NCBI GenBank assembly: GCA_030390025.1
Contig: JASTWF010000048.1
Location: 1,798,001 to 1,862,000, forward strand
Reading direction: 5' to 3'
From: Squalus acanthias
Lineage: Eukaryota
DNA: 64,000 nt
A program made the translations under genes and the position numbers. Shown here piece by piece: positions 63,954 through 64,000 of the stretch. The first letter of the stretch is position 1, and the number at the start of each line of letters is the position of its first letter. The notes below the pieces were generated by a model. That model ran no database searches. It was not told where the DNA came from and was given only the letters and a program-made list of their open reading frames with translations.

Positions 63954-64000
63954 CGAAACCCACCCATCATCCCATTACTTCGGTCGTTTAGCATCTTCAT

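Larger units (their letters stand above)
51599..64000 (+). repeat. Segmental duplication of 1-~11947 (direct orientation)
   Basis: Colinear match from window position 1 (=51599) to the window end, including V1-V4, SINEs and LINE fragments. Confidence 0.97.

Noticed and set aside
1-64000. IgH, IgL or IgNAR cluster interpretation
   Set aside because: Many diverse Vs occur in translocon order with no interspersed D-J-C. Promoters have CRE-type motifs rather than an evident octamer, and most Vs have Vbeta-type motifs.

Overview
Eukaryotic, non-microbial DNA: part of a T-cell receptor V-gene array, most likely TCR-beta (TRB), of a cartilaginous fish. The organism is inferred from the shark-type Deu-SINE/CR1/Penelope repeat landscape. 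I find 16 V segments or relics, all on the minus strand. Most have a phase-1 leader exon, a V exon and a 23-bp-spacer RSS, and the heptamer is usually CACAGCG. No D, J or C segments were seen; by orientation they lie left of the window. The V types resemble mouse Trbv1, human TRBV30 and TRBV20/29. One intact family and one pseudogene family look like TRDV2 (Vdelta2) rather than Vbeta; the intact one has an extra CDR2 Cys pair. Positions 1-~11947 are duplicated at 51599-64000 (offset ~51.6 kb). Non-coding structure includes ETS+CRE (Vbeta decamer-like) promoter motifs and co-oriented CTCF-like sites, some 36-38 bp from RSSs. There are three Penelope-type minimal hammerhead ribozymes, two of them as ~90-bp inserts with perfect target-site duplications. 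Also present are a near full-length CR1 LINE, Penelope fragments, SINE-derived and LINE-derived minisatellites and three assembly gaps, one of which may hide another V gene. Family assignments come from visual comparison with remembered sequences, not from database searches.
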